Shown one piece after another: positions 47,351 through 57,523 of a DNA stretch of 64,000 nucleotides (position 1 is its first letter; each line of letters starts with the position of its first letter). A program made the translations under genes and the position numbers. This DNA is from a virus. Lineage: Duplodnaviria; Caudoviricetes. The DNA lies in IMG/VR virus record IMGVR_UViG_2636416019_000001, positions 2,400-66,399 of that record; one strand, given 5' to 3'. The notes below the pieces were generated by a model, which was not told the DNA's origin, did no database searches, and worked only from the letters and a program-made list of their open reading frames with translations.

Positions 47351-48100
47351 ATGCCACTGATCAGCGATATCCAGTCCCTTGAGCCTGGCAGTGAGGTGCT
47401 GCTCTTCGAGTTGGACGGTTCCGACTACGGGGCGGACGTGCTGCGCTTCCATGGGCATGCAATCCCGCATACGCCGGAGGAGCTGCTGGCAGCGGGGCCA
47501 AACGCCGACCAGATGCCGGCCAAGGCGATCTGGTGGCAGGGCAATGAGTACGGCGCCTGGCCTATGCAAATCGACGGCATCGAAGCCAACGGAGACGGCA
47601 CCGCGGTACGCCCGACGCTGTCGGTCGGCAACGTCAACGGCCGCATCACGGCCCTGTGCCTGGCCTTCGATGATCTGCTCGAGTTCAAGCTGACGATGCG
47701 GCACACGCTGGGCAGCTACCTGGACGCGCAGAACTTCCCGGGCGGCAACCCAACGGCTGACCCCACCCAGGAAACAATCGAGGTCTGGTACATCGACCAG
47801 AAGACCAACGAAGACGGGGAAACGGTCAGCTGGGAGCTGGCCAGCCCGGGCGACGTTGGTGGCGAATCCATCGGTCGGCAGGCGACCACGCTTTGCCACT
47901 GGTGCCTCACCGGTGGTTACCGCGGGCCGAACTGCGGCTACACCGGCGGCTACGTCGACAAAGACGGCTTACCCACGAACGATCCGGAAAAGGATGAGTG
48001 CGATGCCACCCTGGGGCGGGGATGTATTCCGCGTTTCGGCGAGGGTAACGAGCTGCCTTTCGGTGGCTTCCCCGCTGTTTCCATCATTGCCCGGAGCTGA
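47351..48100 (+). CDS. minor tail protein L-like
   Basis: RPTLSVGN, C.W..YRG..CGY..C..C..FGGFP Fe-S cysteines. Confidence 0.92.
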   Translation: MPLISDIQSLEPGSEVLLFELDGSDYGADVLRFHGHAIPHTPEELLAAGPNADQMPAKAIWWQGNEYGAWPMQIDGIEANGDGTAVRPTLSVGNVNGRITALCLAFDDLLEFKLTMRHTLGSYLDAQNFPGGNPTADPTQETIEVWYIDQKTNEDGETVSWELASPGDVGGESIGRQATTLCHWCLTGGYRGPNCGYTGGYVDKDGLPTNDPEKDECDATLGRGCIPRFGEGNELPFGGFPAVSIIARS

Positions 48101-48102
48101 CC

Positions 48103-48867
48103 ATGCGCAAACACATCCTGAGCGCGATTCAGGCGCACGCGGCGGCCGAGTACCCGAAAGAGTGCTGCGGCCTGCTGCTGGCCGTTGGGCGCAAGCAGCA
48201 GTACTTCCCATGTCGCAACATTGCCATGGAGCCGAACGAGGAGTTCCGGCTGGATCCAGAGGACTACGCCGCGGCCGAGGATCAGGGTGAGGTGATCGGC
48301 ATCGTGCATTCGCACCCAGACGCTACCAGCCGGCCGTCGCCACGCGACCTTGCCATGTGCGAGGCCACGGCGCTGCCCTGGCACATCCTGAGCTGGCCCG
48401 AAGGGGATCTGCGCACCATCGCGCCTGCGGGCAACACGCCGCTGCTCAAGCGCCCCTTCGTCCACGGCGCCTGGGACTGCTGGCAGGTCTGCGCAGACTG
48501 GTTCAAGCGTGAGTGGGGGCTGGAGTTCGAAGCTTTCCAGCGCGCTGATGGCTGGTGGGAAGACCCGGCCGGGCCGAGCCTCTACGAGCAGGCCTATGAA
48601 GCGGCGGGATTTGTGCGGGTTGACCAGCCGCAGCGTGGCGACATGATCGTCATGTCCGTGGGGCGCACGGCACACCCGAACCATGCCGGGATCTACCTTG
48701 GCGCCGATCCGGAACTGCCTGGGGAGTCTGCCGAGGTATTTGGCCCCGGGCCTTTCCTGTTGCACCACCTGTATGGCCGGCCAAGCGAAATCATCGTTTT
48801 CGGCGGCCCCTGGCTCGATCGAACGCGCCTGATCCTCAGGCATAAAGATGCACAATCAATCACATGA
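48103..48867 (+). CDS. tail assembly protein K-like (JAB + NlpC/P60)
   Basis: ECCG, HSHP..PS..D, DCW, HAGIYLG. Confidence 0.92.
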   Translation: MRKHILSAIQAHAAAEYPKECCGLLLAVGRKQQYFPCRNIAMEPNEEFRLDPEDYAAAEDQGEVIGIVHSHPDATSRPSPRDLAMCEATALPWHILSWPEGDLRTIAPAGNTPLLKRPFVHGAWDCWQVCADWFKREWGLEFEAFQRADGWWEDPAGPSLYEQAYEAAGFVRVDQPQRGDMIVMSVGRTAHPNHAGIYLGADPELPGESAEVFGPGPFLLHHLYGRPSEIIVFGGPWLDRTRLILRHKDAQSIT

Positions 48868-48892
48868 TGCGGCAGGGCCGCGGGAGAGAGAA

Positions 48893-49030
48893 ATGAAAAA
48901 GGCAATTTGCAGCGATGCGAAGGATTCGGCCGGCAAGCCGATGTGGTGTTTGATGCCGGATGGCAGCTTTTTCATCAGCCAAGAGTCTGTCGATCAGGCC
49001 AGCATCCAGCACTTGAAACTTAAAAGGTAG
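48893..49030 (+). CDS. 45-aa peptide resembling the J C-terminal (DUF1983-like) segment
   Basis: GGAGAG RBS; GSFFISQESVDQASIQHLKL vs J GQTFIRSTFIEDGTITNAKI. Confidence 0.6.
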   Translation: MKKAICSDAKDSAGKPMWCLMPDGSFFISQESVDQASIQHLKLKR

Positions 49031-49054
49031 TTTGCTTTGGCGCTTCCATACTAC

Positions 49055-49276
49055 TCAGTCAACAACTGTTGGAAGGTTTTTGCCTGGAAAGACCTTTTTA
49101 TAAACCTCTAGCGGATAGTGGTCGCCAACACCCTGCTGCCGGCAGGCGTAAACAGCAGCTCCAATTCGCTGCATTGCATGCTCTGGGTTGGCTGAAGCCT
49201 GGGTGTGCGCGAGCGCGAGTACCAAGGCGGTGAGCTGAGCAATTGTGTGTTCAACGCTTATTTCTTGCTGTGACAT
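49055..49276 (-). CDS. 73-aa hypothetical protein (antisense moron between K and I)
   Basis: GGAGG RBS; MSQQEISVEHTIAQLTALVLALA... Confidence 0.75.
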   Translation of the reverse strand: MSQQEISVEHTIAQLTALVLALAHTQASANPEHAMQRIGAAVYACRQQGVGDHYPLEVYKKVFPGKNLPTVVD

Positions 49277-49494
49277 TGTAACCTCCAGGTCATAAAGCGC
49301 CGAAATTGGCGCAATCCCAGTCCTTGGGCTTGCAGGCAAAGGGCTGGGAAATCCGTTGCGTGTGGCAGGAGGCTACTATCCGGCGGGAGAGGGGCGTTAC
49401 TGGGGATTCGTACAGGCGGGTTTTGGCGCTGAAATTTCGCCAAGCAACTTGGCAGTGGTAGAGTTTCCCGACTTAGAACAGGGATGCTCTTGAT

Positions 49495-50343
49495 GTGAAC
49501 ACGCTGAAGTTGGTTCAACCTTATCTGCTTGAGCCTGGTGATTCGGTGAACCCTACCGATCGAGAGTGTTACCGCTTGACGAGCGATGATAAGCGACAGA
49601 TTGAAGCCGCGATTGAAAAACATGGTGCTGGCGCTCTTGAAAACGTTACCAAGGGTGGAGCAATGCTCTACTTGCGGTTTCCCATGCGATTTGCCGGCGA
49701 GGATGAAGAATACCTGAGGTCATTGTTCGCACCTGAAACCTTGAAGCAAAGGCCCTGGGATGGCCCTGAGCAAATTGCTCTCAATGTGCGAGACACGGGA
49801 AAGATCGGAGTCGACGGAAAGCGTATCCAGTTGGTTGAAACGTTTAATCCCTTTGTTGAGCGATATTACCGACTGCCATACAGGAATATGCTTCCTCCCT
49901 CTGGAGACATCGTTGGTTATCGCTTTATGGCCATGCCCTGGAGAAAAAACAGGCTTCATGTTCTTCAGCAGCATGGGCGCATTGAATGTATTCCGCCGGG
50001 AATGTTGCCGATCTTTATCGAGGAAGATTGGCAGGGCGGCTGGATAGGAATCACGAAGCACCAGATCGAGTTTAAAGACTGGCAGCAAATGTCATCCGAC
50101 ATAGGCACCATCCCTGCGAATGGTGGTGATTACCTACGGTTTTTGCTTATGGCTAAGACCATTGGCGCCACCAGGTGCAGCTACCAGGAGAAGCTTGGCC
50201 TTCTTGAGGGCATGAGGATTATGTGCGGCGCTGACGGGCATTTCTTTGATGAGTTCATTGAAAGAGTCGGCGGTTTCCGTGGCCTGGCTGGGATAATGGA
50301 GACAGAATGTGAGAACGATGATGAAGAAGGTGAGGATGAGTGA
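49495..50343 (+). CDS. hypothetical protein (moron)
   Basis: 282 aa, lower GC, extended -10 TGGTAGAGT at 49456-49464. Confidence 0.8.
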   Translation: MNTLKLVQPYLLEPGDSVNPTDRECYRLTSDDKRQIEAAIEKHGAGALENVTKGGAMLYLRFPMRFAGEDEEYLRSLFAPETLKQRPWDGPEQIALNVRDTGKIGVDGKRIQLVETFNPFVERYYRLPYRNMLPPSGDIVGYRFMAMPWRKNRLHVLQQHGRIECIPPGMLPIFIEEDWQGGWIGITKHQIEFKDWQQMSSDIGTIPANGGDYLRFLLMAKTIGATRCSYQEKLGLLEGMRIMCGADGHFFDEFIERVGGFRGLAGIMETECENDDEEGEDE

Positions 50344-50767
50344 TTTGAGAGCTTTCGGGCTTATGGTAGTGGTGGCGCTGCTGGCAGGGTGTGCCACATC
50401 TCCAACACCTTCAGGAGAGGCCCGCCAGGCGCCACAGAGCCAGGTGCTCGCGTACCAAAGCAAACCATCAGGTGCGCATGGCATCCTTCAAGTCATTCGC
50501 GACTCTGGCCATACCGGCAGCTTTTGTTCGATGGCAGTTTTCATTGACGGAAAGCAGGTTGCTAGGCTCGATCCAGGCCAGAAGGCATCCTTCTATCTGC
50601 CGCCTGAACCTGTATCGGTTGGTGCGGCCTACACCGGATCAGGCATCTGCTCAATGGGTGCCGCCAGAGTAGAGCGCGAAGCAACTGTGAAGGACGGTGT
50701 TGTTAAAAAGTATCGAGTATTCACTGGCGGTGATGGGCAGATCGACATACTCCCCACAACGCTTTAA
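50336..50767 (+). CDS. lipoprotein (moron)
   Basis: lipobox LAGC; RDSG..C...VFIDG domain; terminator at about 50772-50796. Confidence 0.85.
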   Translation: MSDLRAFGLMVVVALLAGCATSPTPSGEARQAPQSQVLAYQSKPSGAHGILQVIRDSGHTGSFCSMAVFIDGKQVARLDPGQKASFYLPPEPVSVGAAYTGSGICSMGAARVEREATVKDGVVKKYRVFTGGDGQIDILPTTL

Positions 50768-50810
50768 ACACAACCGCCTCCGGGCGGTTTTTTATTGCCT
50801 GGAGAATGGC

Positions 50811-51419
50811 ATGTGCTCAGCTATCACTTACACCCCAACGACGAAAGTCATGCTCTCAGGCTCGCTAGCGAAAAAATTCTTTCGTAGTAAACCCTACCTC
50901 TTAGATGGAGGCTCTGCTGTAGAAGTGTTCCGCGCGCTGAATGCAACAGTTGCTGGATTTGCTGAAGAAATAAGGCGCCTTGAGCGCCTGGGGTTGAAGT
51001 TCGCGATCTTTCGCAATCGCAAGAATGTCGGAGTGGATGGATTCGATCTCGGCGGCACAAGAGAGATCCGCATTGCCCCGGTCATCGGTGGCAGCAAGAG
51101 GGCTGGTGGCTTACAGACGATCATTGGCACGGTAATGATCGCTGCTGCATATGTGCTTTCGTTCACGCCCTTTGCTGCTGCGTCGCCATTTCTGTACGCG
51201 GCGGGTACGTCTATGGCAATTGGCGGCGTGATCCAAATGCTTAGCCCCCAGCAGAATGGTCTTTCGCAAAGCGCATCCCCCGAGAACCTACCGTCCTATG
51301 CCTTCGGCAGCGCCAAGAATACCACCGCCAGCGGCAACCCTGTCCCGATCTGCATCGGCAAGCGCCGCTGGGGCGGGATGATCATTTCTGCATCGATCCA
51401 CGCCGAAGACAAAACGTAA
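50811..51419 (+). CDS. tail assembly protein I-like
   Basis: IRIAPVIGGSK..QTIIG..SYAF..NTTASGNPVP. Confidence 0.9.
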   Translation: MCSAITYTPTTKVMLSGSLAKKFFRSKPYLLDGGSAVEVFRALNATVAGFAEEIRRLERLGLKFAIFRNRKNVGVDGFDLGGTREIRIAPVIGGSKRAGGLQTIIGTVMIAAAYVLSFTPFAAASPFLYAAGTSMAIGGVIQMLSPQQNGLSQSASPENLPSYAFGSAKNTTASGNPVPICIGKRRWGGMIISASIHAEDKT

Positions 51420-51476
51420 CCAGAACACCGCACACAGGCCGCCCATGAGGCGGTTTTTTTATGCCTGGAGGAAAGC

Positions 51477-54400
51477 ATGGGCGCAGCAGCACAAATCGAG
51501 ATCCGCGGGGAAAAGGGCGGCAGCAGCAAGCCGAAGTCGCCGACCGAAGCCAACGACAGCCTGCGCTCGACCAACCTGGCCAAGATGCTGATCGCGGTGG
51601 GCGAGGGTGAATTCGACGGTACACCGACCGACTACGACATTTATCTGGACAACACGCCGATCAAGGATGCGAGCGGGAACATCAACTTCCCGAACGTGAA
51701 ATGGGACTGGCGCTCGGGCTCCGTGGATCAGTCGTACATCCCAGGCATCCCCTCGGTCGAAAACGAGACCACGCTGAACATCGAGCTGCGCAGCGATACC
51801 CCATGGGTGCGATCGATCACCAACACCCAGCTTTCGGCCGCGCGCATTCGGTTCGCTTGGCCGGCCCTGCAGCGCCAGGACGACGAAGGTAACGTCGGTG
51901 GCTATCGCATCGAGTATGCGATCGATGTGGCCACCGATGGCGGTGCCTATCAGCAGGTGCTGCTCGAGGCGGTGGATGGCAAGACCACCACCCGTTACGA
52001 GCGGTCCCGCCGTGTTGATCTGCCGCCTGCCACCAGCGGTTGGCTGATTCGTGTGCGCCGGCTGACGCCAAACCAGAACAGCAACAAGGTCGCCGACACC
52101 ATGCTGATCGCCGGCCTGACTGAGGTGATCGACGCGAAGTTGCGGTACCCAAACACCGCGCTGCTGTACATCGAGTTCGACGCCGAGCAGTTCACCAACA
52201 TTCCGGCCGTCACCGTGAAGTGCAAGGCGCGCAAGTGGCAGGTTCCGAGCAACTACGACCCTGTGGCCCGAACCTACACCGGGACCTGGGACGGCACCAT
52301 GAAACAGGCCTGGACCAACAACCCGGCGTGGATCACCTTCGGGGTCTGCACTGAGGATCGTTTCGGCCTGGGCAAGCGCATCAAGCCCTGGATGGTCGAC
52401 AAGTGGGAGTTGTACCGGATCTCGCAATACTGCGACCAGAACGTGCCTAACGGCCTCGGTGGCCAGGAGCCGCGCTTCCTCTGCGACATGAACTTGCAGG
52501 GCAAGGCCGACGCCTGGTCGCTGCTGCGCGATATCGCCGGCATCTACCGGGGCATGACCTATTGGGCCCAGGGCCAGCTGGTGATGCAGGCCGACATGCC
52601 GCGCGCCCAGGACTACGACTACGTTTTCACCCGGGCCAACGTCATCGATGGGAAGTTCTCCTACGGCAGCGCCTCGGCCAAGACCCGGTACACCCGGGCC
52701 CTGGTCAGCTACGACAACCCGGCGAACAACTACGACACCGACGTCATTCCGTTCGCGGATCTGGAGCTGCAGCGCCGCTTTGGCGACAAGCCCACGGAAC
52801 TGACGGCCATTGGCTGCACCCGCGCTTCGGAGGCACAGCGCCGCGGTAAGTGGGTGATCCTGAGCAACAACCAGGACCGGACCATCAGCTTCAAAACCGG
52901 TATGGAAGGGGTGATTCCGTTGCCTGGCCACATCATCCCTGTGGCGGACTCGCTGCTCGCCGGTCGGGCCGTTGGCGGGCGGATCTCGGCGTCTGCTGGC
53001 CGCGTGGTAACGCTCGACCGCGATACCCAGGCCAAAGCCGGCGATCGGCTGATCATCAACCTACCAGGTGGGCGCGCCGAAGGCCGGACCGTGCAAAGCG
53101 TCACCGGGCGCGCCGTCACAGTGACCACGGCCTACAGCGAGCAGCCTTTGCCTCAGTTGCAGTGGGCTCTGGATGCCGACGACCTGGCGATCCCGCTTTA
53201 CCGGGTGCTGAGCACCAAACGCACCACCGAGGGCGATTTCGAGATCAGCGCGCTGCAGTACGAGCCCGGCAAGTTCGCTTTCATCGACACCGGCGCCCGC
53301 CTGGAGGAGCGGCCGATCAGCGTGATCCCGATCACTGTCGTTCCGCCGCCGGCGAGCGTGACCCTGACCTCGAACTACGCGGTCGACCAGGGCATCGCCG
53401 TCAGCACCATGAACATCTCCTGGCCAGCCGTGAATGGCGCTGTGGCCTATGACGTGGAGTGGCGCAAGGACAACGGGAACTGGATCAAGGTGCAGCGCAC
53501 TGGTGCGACCAGTGTGGACGTGACCGGGATCTACGCCGGCGCCTATCTGGCCCGGGTGCGGGCGGTGAGCGCCTTCGATATCTCGTCGATCTGGAAGGCG
53601 TCCAACCTGACCCAGCTCAACGGCAAGGAAGGTCTACCACCGTCGGTATCGTTCCTGGCTACCACCAGTGAGCTGTTCGGGATCGGCATCAAGTGGGGAT
53701 TCCCGGCCGGCGCCGAGGACACCCAACGGACCGAGGTCTGGTATGGGCCTGCGAACGACCTTGGCACCGCCACGAAGCTAGCCGACCTGGCGTATCCGCA
53801 GGCCGACTACCGCATGCAGAGCTTGCTGGCAGGCGCAACCTTCTTCTTCTGGGCGCGTCTGGTAGATCGGACCGGCAACGTCGGGCCGTTTTATCCGGTC
53901 GTGAACGGGGTAATGGGCCAGGCCAGTTCGGAGGCCGGGCCGATCCTCGACATGCTCGCGGGCAAAATCAGCCGCACGGAGCTGGGTCAGGACCTGATAT
54001 CGGAGATCGACGGCCTGCAGGACCAGATCGACGCCCTGGACAACATCCTGCTGTACGACGCTGAGAAGACGTACATCAAGGACGATATTGTCCAGCAGGG
54101 GCAGCGGCTGTACCAGGCCCTGCAAGCGGTGCCTCTCAACACTCCACCGCCGAACCCGACCTACTGGCTGGACGTTGGTCAGTCGATCGAGACGGCCAAC
54201 GGCCTGGCTCAGCAGGTGGCGACCAATACCGCCGATATCACCGAGCTGGACGGGGTGGTAACGGCGCAGGCGGCCTCTACCAACACGCTCCGCGCGTCCT
54301 GGCGGGAAGATGATGGCGCCGGCGATCTGGCCGATGCCATGAAGGGCTGGGACAACACCGCGGCAATTGTTACCGAGGAGAAGGTCCGAGCTTCTGCGAT

Positions 54401-54935
54401 CGAGGCCGAGGCCACTCGCACCACACAGCTGCAGGCCACGGTGGGTGCGAACACTTCGGCGATCCAGGAAACGTCTTCAGCCCTGGCGAACACCAACGGC
54501 CAACTGTCTACCATCTGGTCGGTGAAGATGGAGACCACCGCCGGCGGCCAGAAGTACGCGGCCTCGTTTGGCCTGGGCCTGCAGGTCGATCCTTCCGGGG
54601 TTTCGTCGCAGTTCGTTGTGCGTGCCGACACTTTCATGCTGCTGAACCTAGCCAATGGCACGCCGGTGTCGCCGTTTGCGGTAACCGGCGGCCAGACGTT
54701 CATCAGGTCGACGTTCATCGAAGACGGCACGATCACGAACGCCAAGATCGGCAACTACATCCAGTCGAACAACTACGTCGCCGGCAGTACCGGGTGGCGG
54801 CTGTGGTTTGACGGGACGTTCGAGATCAACAGCGCCCTGGGCGCCGGTGCTCGCCAGGTCATCAACAACAACGGTGGCAAGGTGTTCGATGAGAACGGCG
54901 TGAAGCGCTATCAGTGGGGGAACTTGGCCGCATGA
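51477..54935 (+). CDS. central tail fibre / tip attachment protein J-like
   Basis: 1152 aa; EGE, RYPNTA, WTNNPAW, FnIII-like region and DUF1983-like C-terminus. Confidence 0.95.
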   Translation: MGAAAQIEIRGEKGGSSKPKSPTEANDSLRSTNLAKMLIAVGEGEFDGTPTDYDIYLDNTPIKDASGNINFPNVKWDWRSGSVDQSYIPGIPSVENETTLNIELRSDTPWVRSITNTQLSAARIRFAWPALQRQDDEGNVGGYRIEYAIDVATDGGAYQQVLLEAVDGKTTTRYERSRRVDLPPATSGWLIRVRRLTPNQNSNKVADTMLIAGLTEVIDAKLRYPNTALLYIEFDAEQFTNIPAVTVKCKARKWQVPSNYDPVARTYTGTWDGTMKQAWTNNPAWITFGVCTEDRFGLGKRIKPWMVDKWELYRISQYCDQNVPNGLGGQEPRFLCDMNLQGKADAWSLLRDIAGIYRGMTYWAQGQLVMQADMPRAQDYDYVFTRANVIDGKFSYGSASAKTRYTRALVSYDNPANNYDTDVIPFADLELQRRFGDKPTELTAIGCTRASEAQRRGKWVILSNNQDRTISFKTGMEGVIPLPGHIIPVADSLLAGRAVGGRISASAGRVVTLDRDTQAKAGDRLIINLPGGRAEGRTVQSVTGRAVTVTTAYSEQPLPQLQWALDADDLAIPLYRVLSTKRTTEGDFEISALQYEPGKFAFIDTGARLEERPISVIPITVVPPPASVTLTSNYAVDQGIAVSTMNISWPAVNGAVAYDVEWRKDNGNWIKVQRTGATSVDVTGIYAGAYLARVRAVSAFDISSIWKASNLTQLNGKEGLPPSVSFLATTSELFGIGIKWGFPAGAEDTQRTEVWYGPANDLGTATKLADLAYPQADYRMQSLLAGATFFFWARLVDRTGNVGPFYPVVNGVMGQASSEAGPILDMLAGKISRTELGQDLISEIDGLQDQIDALDNILLYDAEKTYIKDDIVQQGQRLYQALQAVPLNTPPPNPTYWLDVGQSIETANGLAQQVATNTADITELDGVVTAQAASTNTLRASWREDDGAGDLADAMKGWDNTAAIVTEEKVRASAIEAEATRTTQLQATVGANTSAIQETSSALANTNGQLSTIWSVKMETTAGGQKYAASFGLGLQVDPSGVSSQFVVRADTFMLLNLANGTPVSPFAVTGGQTFIRSTFIEDGTITNAKIGNYIQSNNYVAGSTGWRLWFDGTFEINSALGAGARQVINNNGGKVFDENGVKRYQWGNLAA

Positions 54936-55255
54936 GCTACGGAATCAGGATCTGGGGCGCCGACGGCGCGCTCCAGGTCGACGAGAACTCCTTCACCATT
55001 CGTGTGGCGTTGTCGACGCTGGTCACCTTCGCGGTGGGGGCTCCCAAGAGCAGTCAGGATTTTGCCGTGCCTGGCGTTGGGCCGAGTAACGGAACGGCCA
55101 TCGTCGTTCCTGTCGGCACCTACGGCGACAGCAACCTTCAGTTTGAAACCGAGGTACTGAACGGGGTGGTTCGGGTCTACAACCACACCCGCACCTTTGC
55201 CGCGAGCACCACTTCCTCTGGGACTATGCGCTTGATCGTGATGAGGTGGAGCTGA
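54932..55255 (+). CDS. tail tip accessory protein
   Basis: MSYGIRIW, coupled to J. Confidence 0.75.
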   Translation: MSYGIRIWGADGALQVDENSFTIRVALSTLVTFAVGAPKSSQDFAVPGVGPSNGTAIVVPVGTYGDSNLQFETEVLNGVVRVYNHTRTFAASTTSSGTMRLIVMRWS

Positions 55256-55935
55256 TGAGCTATGGAATGCAGTTCACGAACAACGGCGACGTGGTGGCGC
55301 TCGACTCGGAGTTCGCACGGCTGATGGTGATCTCCACGGGGCGCTATGCACCTACAGAGGAGGGCGGGCTTGGCTCAACCACAACCTTTGTCAGGCCTGT
55401 TACGTCCCAGGAGCCGCCGCTGGTGTTCATCAGGCCCGATACTGTGAATGGCGTTGCTGGCCTCTGCCGGATGCGCCTGACGGGATCTGCGGGGAACTGG
55501 ACCGGCTTCTATGTCCGGGCCTACAGCGCAGACACCGCGCAGCCGAACGGGCGCTACTTCGTTGCGGCCTTCGCGGCTCAGCCAGTGGCGCAGTACGGGG
55601 CTCGTCTATGGGATGGTGCCGGGAAGTTGCTGTTCGACTCTGGCACCTCCGCGGCGACCTTCACCCGTGCATTCCAGAACTGGAGCTACGTCAAGGACGA
55701 CCACGACCCTCAGGGCCTGACGCGGATCTACTACACCGTGCCGTTCAACTTCCCACAGAACGAGTTCCTGCTGCTGAACAACTTCGGTATGAACATGACC
55801 TCGGGTAGTGGCATTCCTCGGAACCTCTACTGCTGGTGGGACTTCCCGAACAACACGCTGTACGCGATCACGATTTCCTCGGCGAACCCGATCGCCTTCT
55901 TCCTCCCGGCGGTCTTCGCCAAGATGAACAACTGA
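55255..55935 (+). CDS. tail tip accessory protein
   Basis: MSYGMQF..YGARLWDG.GKLLFDS. Confidence 0.75.
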   Translation: MSYGMQFTNNGDVVALDSEFARLMVISTGRYAPTEEGGLGSTTTFVRPVTSQEPPLVFIRPDTVNGVAGLCRMRLTGSAGNWTGFYVRAYSADTAQPNGRYFVAAFAAQPVAQYGARLWDGAGKLLFDSGTSAATFTRAFQNWSYVKDDHDPQGLTRIYYTVPFNFPQNEFLLLNNFGMNMTSGSGIPRNLYCWWDFPNNTLYAITISSANPIAFFLPAVFAKMNN

Positions 55936-55998
55936 CAACAACCCGATAACCAGCCGCCCATGAGGCGGTTTTTTATTGCCCAACGAAAGGATAAACCC

Positions 55999-56757
55999 AT
56001 GGCTTGGCTTCGAGCGGGGACCGTGGCCGTCACGAACGGCTCAACGACGGTTACCGGAACCGGAACTGGTTTTGCTGCAAATACCCGGGTGGGGGATGCG
56101 TTCATCGGCCCTGATGGCCGCCAGTACGAACTGGCCAACGTCGCAAGCGATACGGTGATCTCGATCACCCCGGCTTACCAGGGTGCCACGGCTTCCGGCG
56201 CCTCCTACGCGATCATGCCGGTACAGGGTTACCAGAAAGGCCTGGCCGACCAGGTGCGCGATTGGGTTAACACCTACGGCGCGAAAATGGCAGCGCTTGG
56301 CACAACCGGCAACTACGATATTTTGCCTCTGACCAAGGGTGGCACCGGCAATACCACCGGCACCGCGACAAAGCTGGCCGCAGCTGCAATTGTTGGCCCT
56401 GTCTCCCAAAGCGGCGGGGTTCCTACCGGCGCGATCATCGAGTCGGGGAATGGGGTGAACGGGCGGTACGTGCGCTGGGCAGATGGGGCTCAGCATTGCT
56501 GGATCACCATGAACTATTACACCGCGATCGATGCCCCACAGATGGGCGTGTATGTGTCTGGATGGATTACCTGGAGTTTCCAGGCTCCCTTCATCGCCCG
56601 GCCGAATGTGCTCATCACTGCTCGCGACGACACGTTCCTTTTCGGCTCAAGCGTAAGCGGGACCACTGCGGGGGAGGTCGTAAGATTTGCATCGGCAACC
56701 CCGCTTGCTGCTGGCGCAAAGCTTGCGACTCTTTTTGCCGTTGGGAGGTGGTTCTGA
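55999..56757 (+). CDS. side tail fibre protein
   Basis: MAWLRAGTVAVTNGS..LPLTKGGTG..GAIIESG..NGRYVRWADG..AVGRW. Confidence 0.88.
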   Translation: MAWLRAGTVAVTNGSTTVTGTGTGFAANTRVGDAFIGPDGRQYELANVASDTVISITPAYQGATASGASYAIMPVQGYQKGLADQVRDWVNTYGAKMAALGTTGNYDILPLTKGGTGNTTGTATKLAAAAIVGPVSQSGGVPTGAIIESGNGVNGRYVRWADGAQHCWITMNYYTAIDAPQMGVYVSGWITWSFQAPFIARPNVLITARDDTFLFGSSVSGTTAGEVVRFASATPLAAGAKLATLFAVGRWF

Positions 56758-57464
56758 TGATTATTAAACTCTGCCCACAGCGCGGCGATGAGCCGTACAA
56801 CGTAGTGAAGGATGGCAACACGCTGACGATCAACGGGGTTCTTTTCGATTTCTCGAGGATGAAGCCAGGCGACACGCTGCCATGCGAAGCCATTGACTCC
56901 ATGTGGTTCAAGCCCGGCCCGGTCGAGATGATCGACGGTGAGCTGGTGGTCACGCTGCGTTTCCCGTTCCCTGCGAACTTCAGCCAGGAGCAGATGTTTC
57001 CGCGAGACCTGATTGCTGTACCGGACGGGAAGGTTGCATTCCCTGAGCCGCTGCCAGGTGGCGAGCCCGTGGCCGTAGATGACACGTCGACACCATCAGT
57101 TGGGCAGATTGATTGGTCCCAGCTGATCACAGCAGAAATGAAGGCGGCGGAGGCCCTGGCGGAGCGCTTGGCTGAATCTAAGGCGCAGCTGGCTGCAAGA
57201 AACGCCACGGCCGCGGCGCAGATCGACCGCATCACCGATCGGATCGAAACCCTGGGCTACGGCATCGAAGCCGGCGAAGCCACGCCCGACGATGAGACCG
57301 AACAAGCCGCATTGATCGTGAACCTGAAAACCTGGAAGGCCTACAAGTTCGCTTTGGGGAAAGTCACCGCCCAGACGACATGGCCAACCGCGCCGGCCTG
57401 GCCAGCGGAACCACCCATCCCGGAGATTACAGCCGCGCCAATGCTGGCCGCCGAAGCCGAGTAG
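56757..57464 (+). CDS. tail fibre assembly/associated protein
   Basis: IKLCPQR.D..LTING..FDFS..WKAYK..WP..P. Confidence 0.8.
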   Translation: MIIKLCPQRGDEPYNVVKDGNTLTINGVLFDFSRMKPGDTLPCEAIDSMWFKPGPVEMIDGELVVTLRFPFPANFSQEQMFPRDLIAVPDGKVAFPEPLPGGEPVAVDDTSTPSVGQIDWSQLITAEMKAAEALAERLAESKAQLAARNATAAAQIDRITDRIETLGYGIEAGEATPDDETEQAALIVNLKTWKAYKFALGKVTAQTTWPTAPAWPAEPPIPEITAAPMLAAEAE

Positions 57465-57523
57465 CGCAATACCGAATGCAAAGCGCCCGCCTTGAGCGGG
57501 CTTTTTTTCGCCTGGAGAAAAGT

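Noticed and set aside
55999-57464. diversity-generating retroelement or invertible tail-fibre cassette
   Set aside because: No reverse transcriptase, invertase or duplicated fibre end seen
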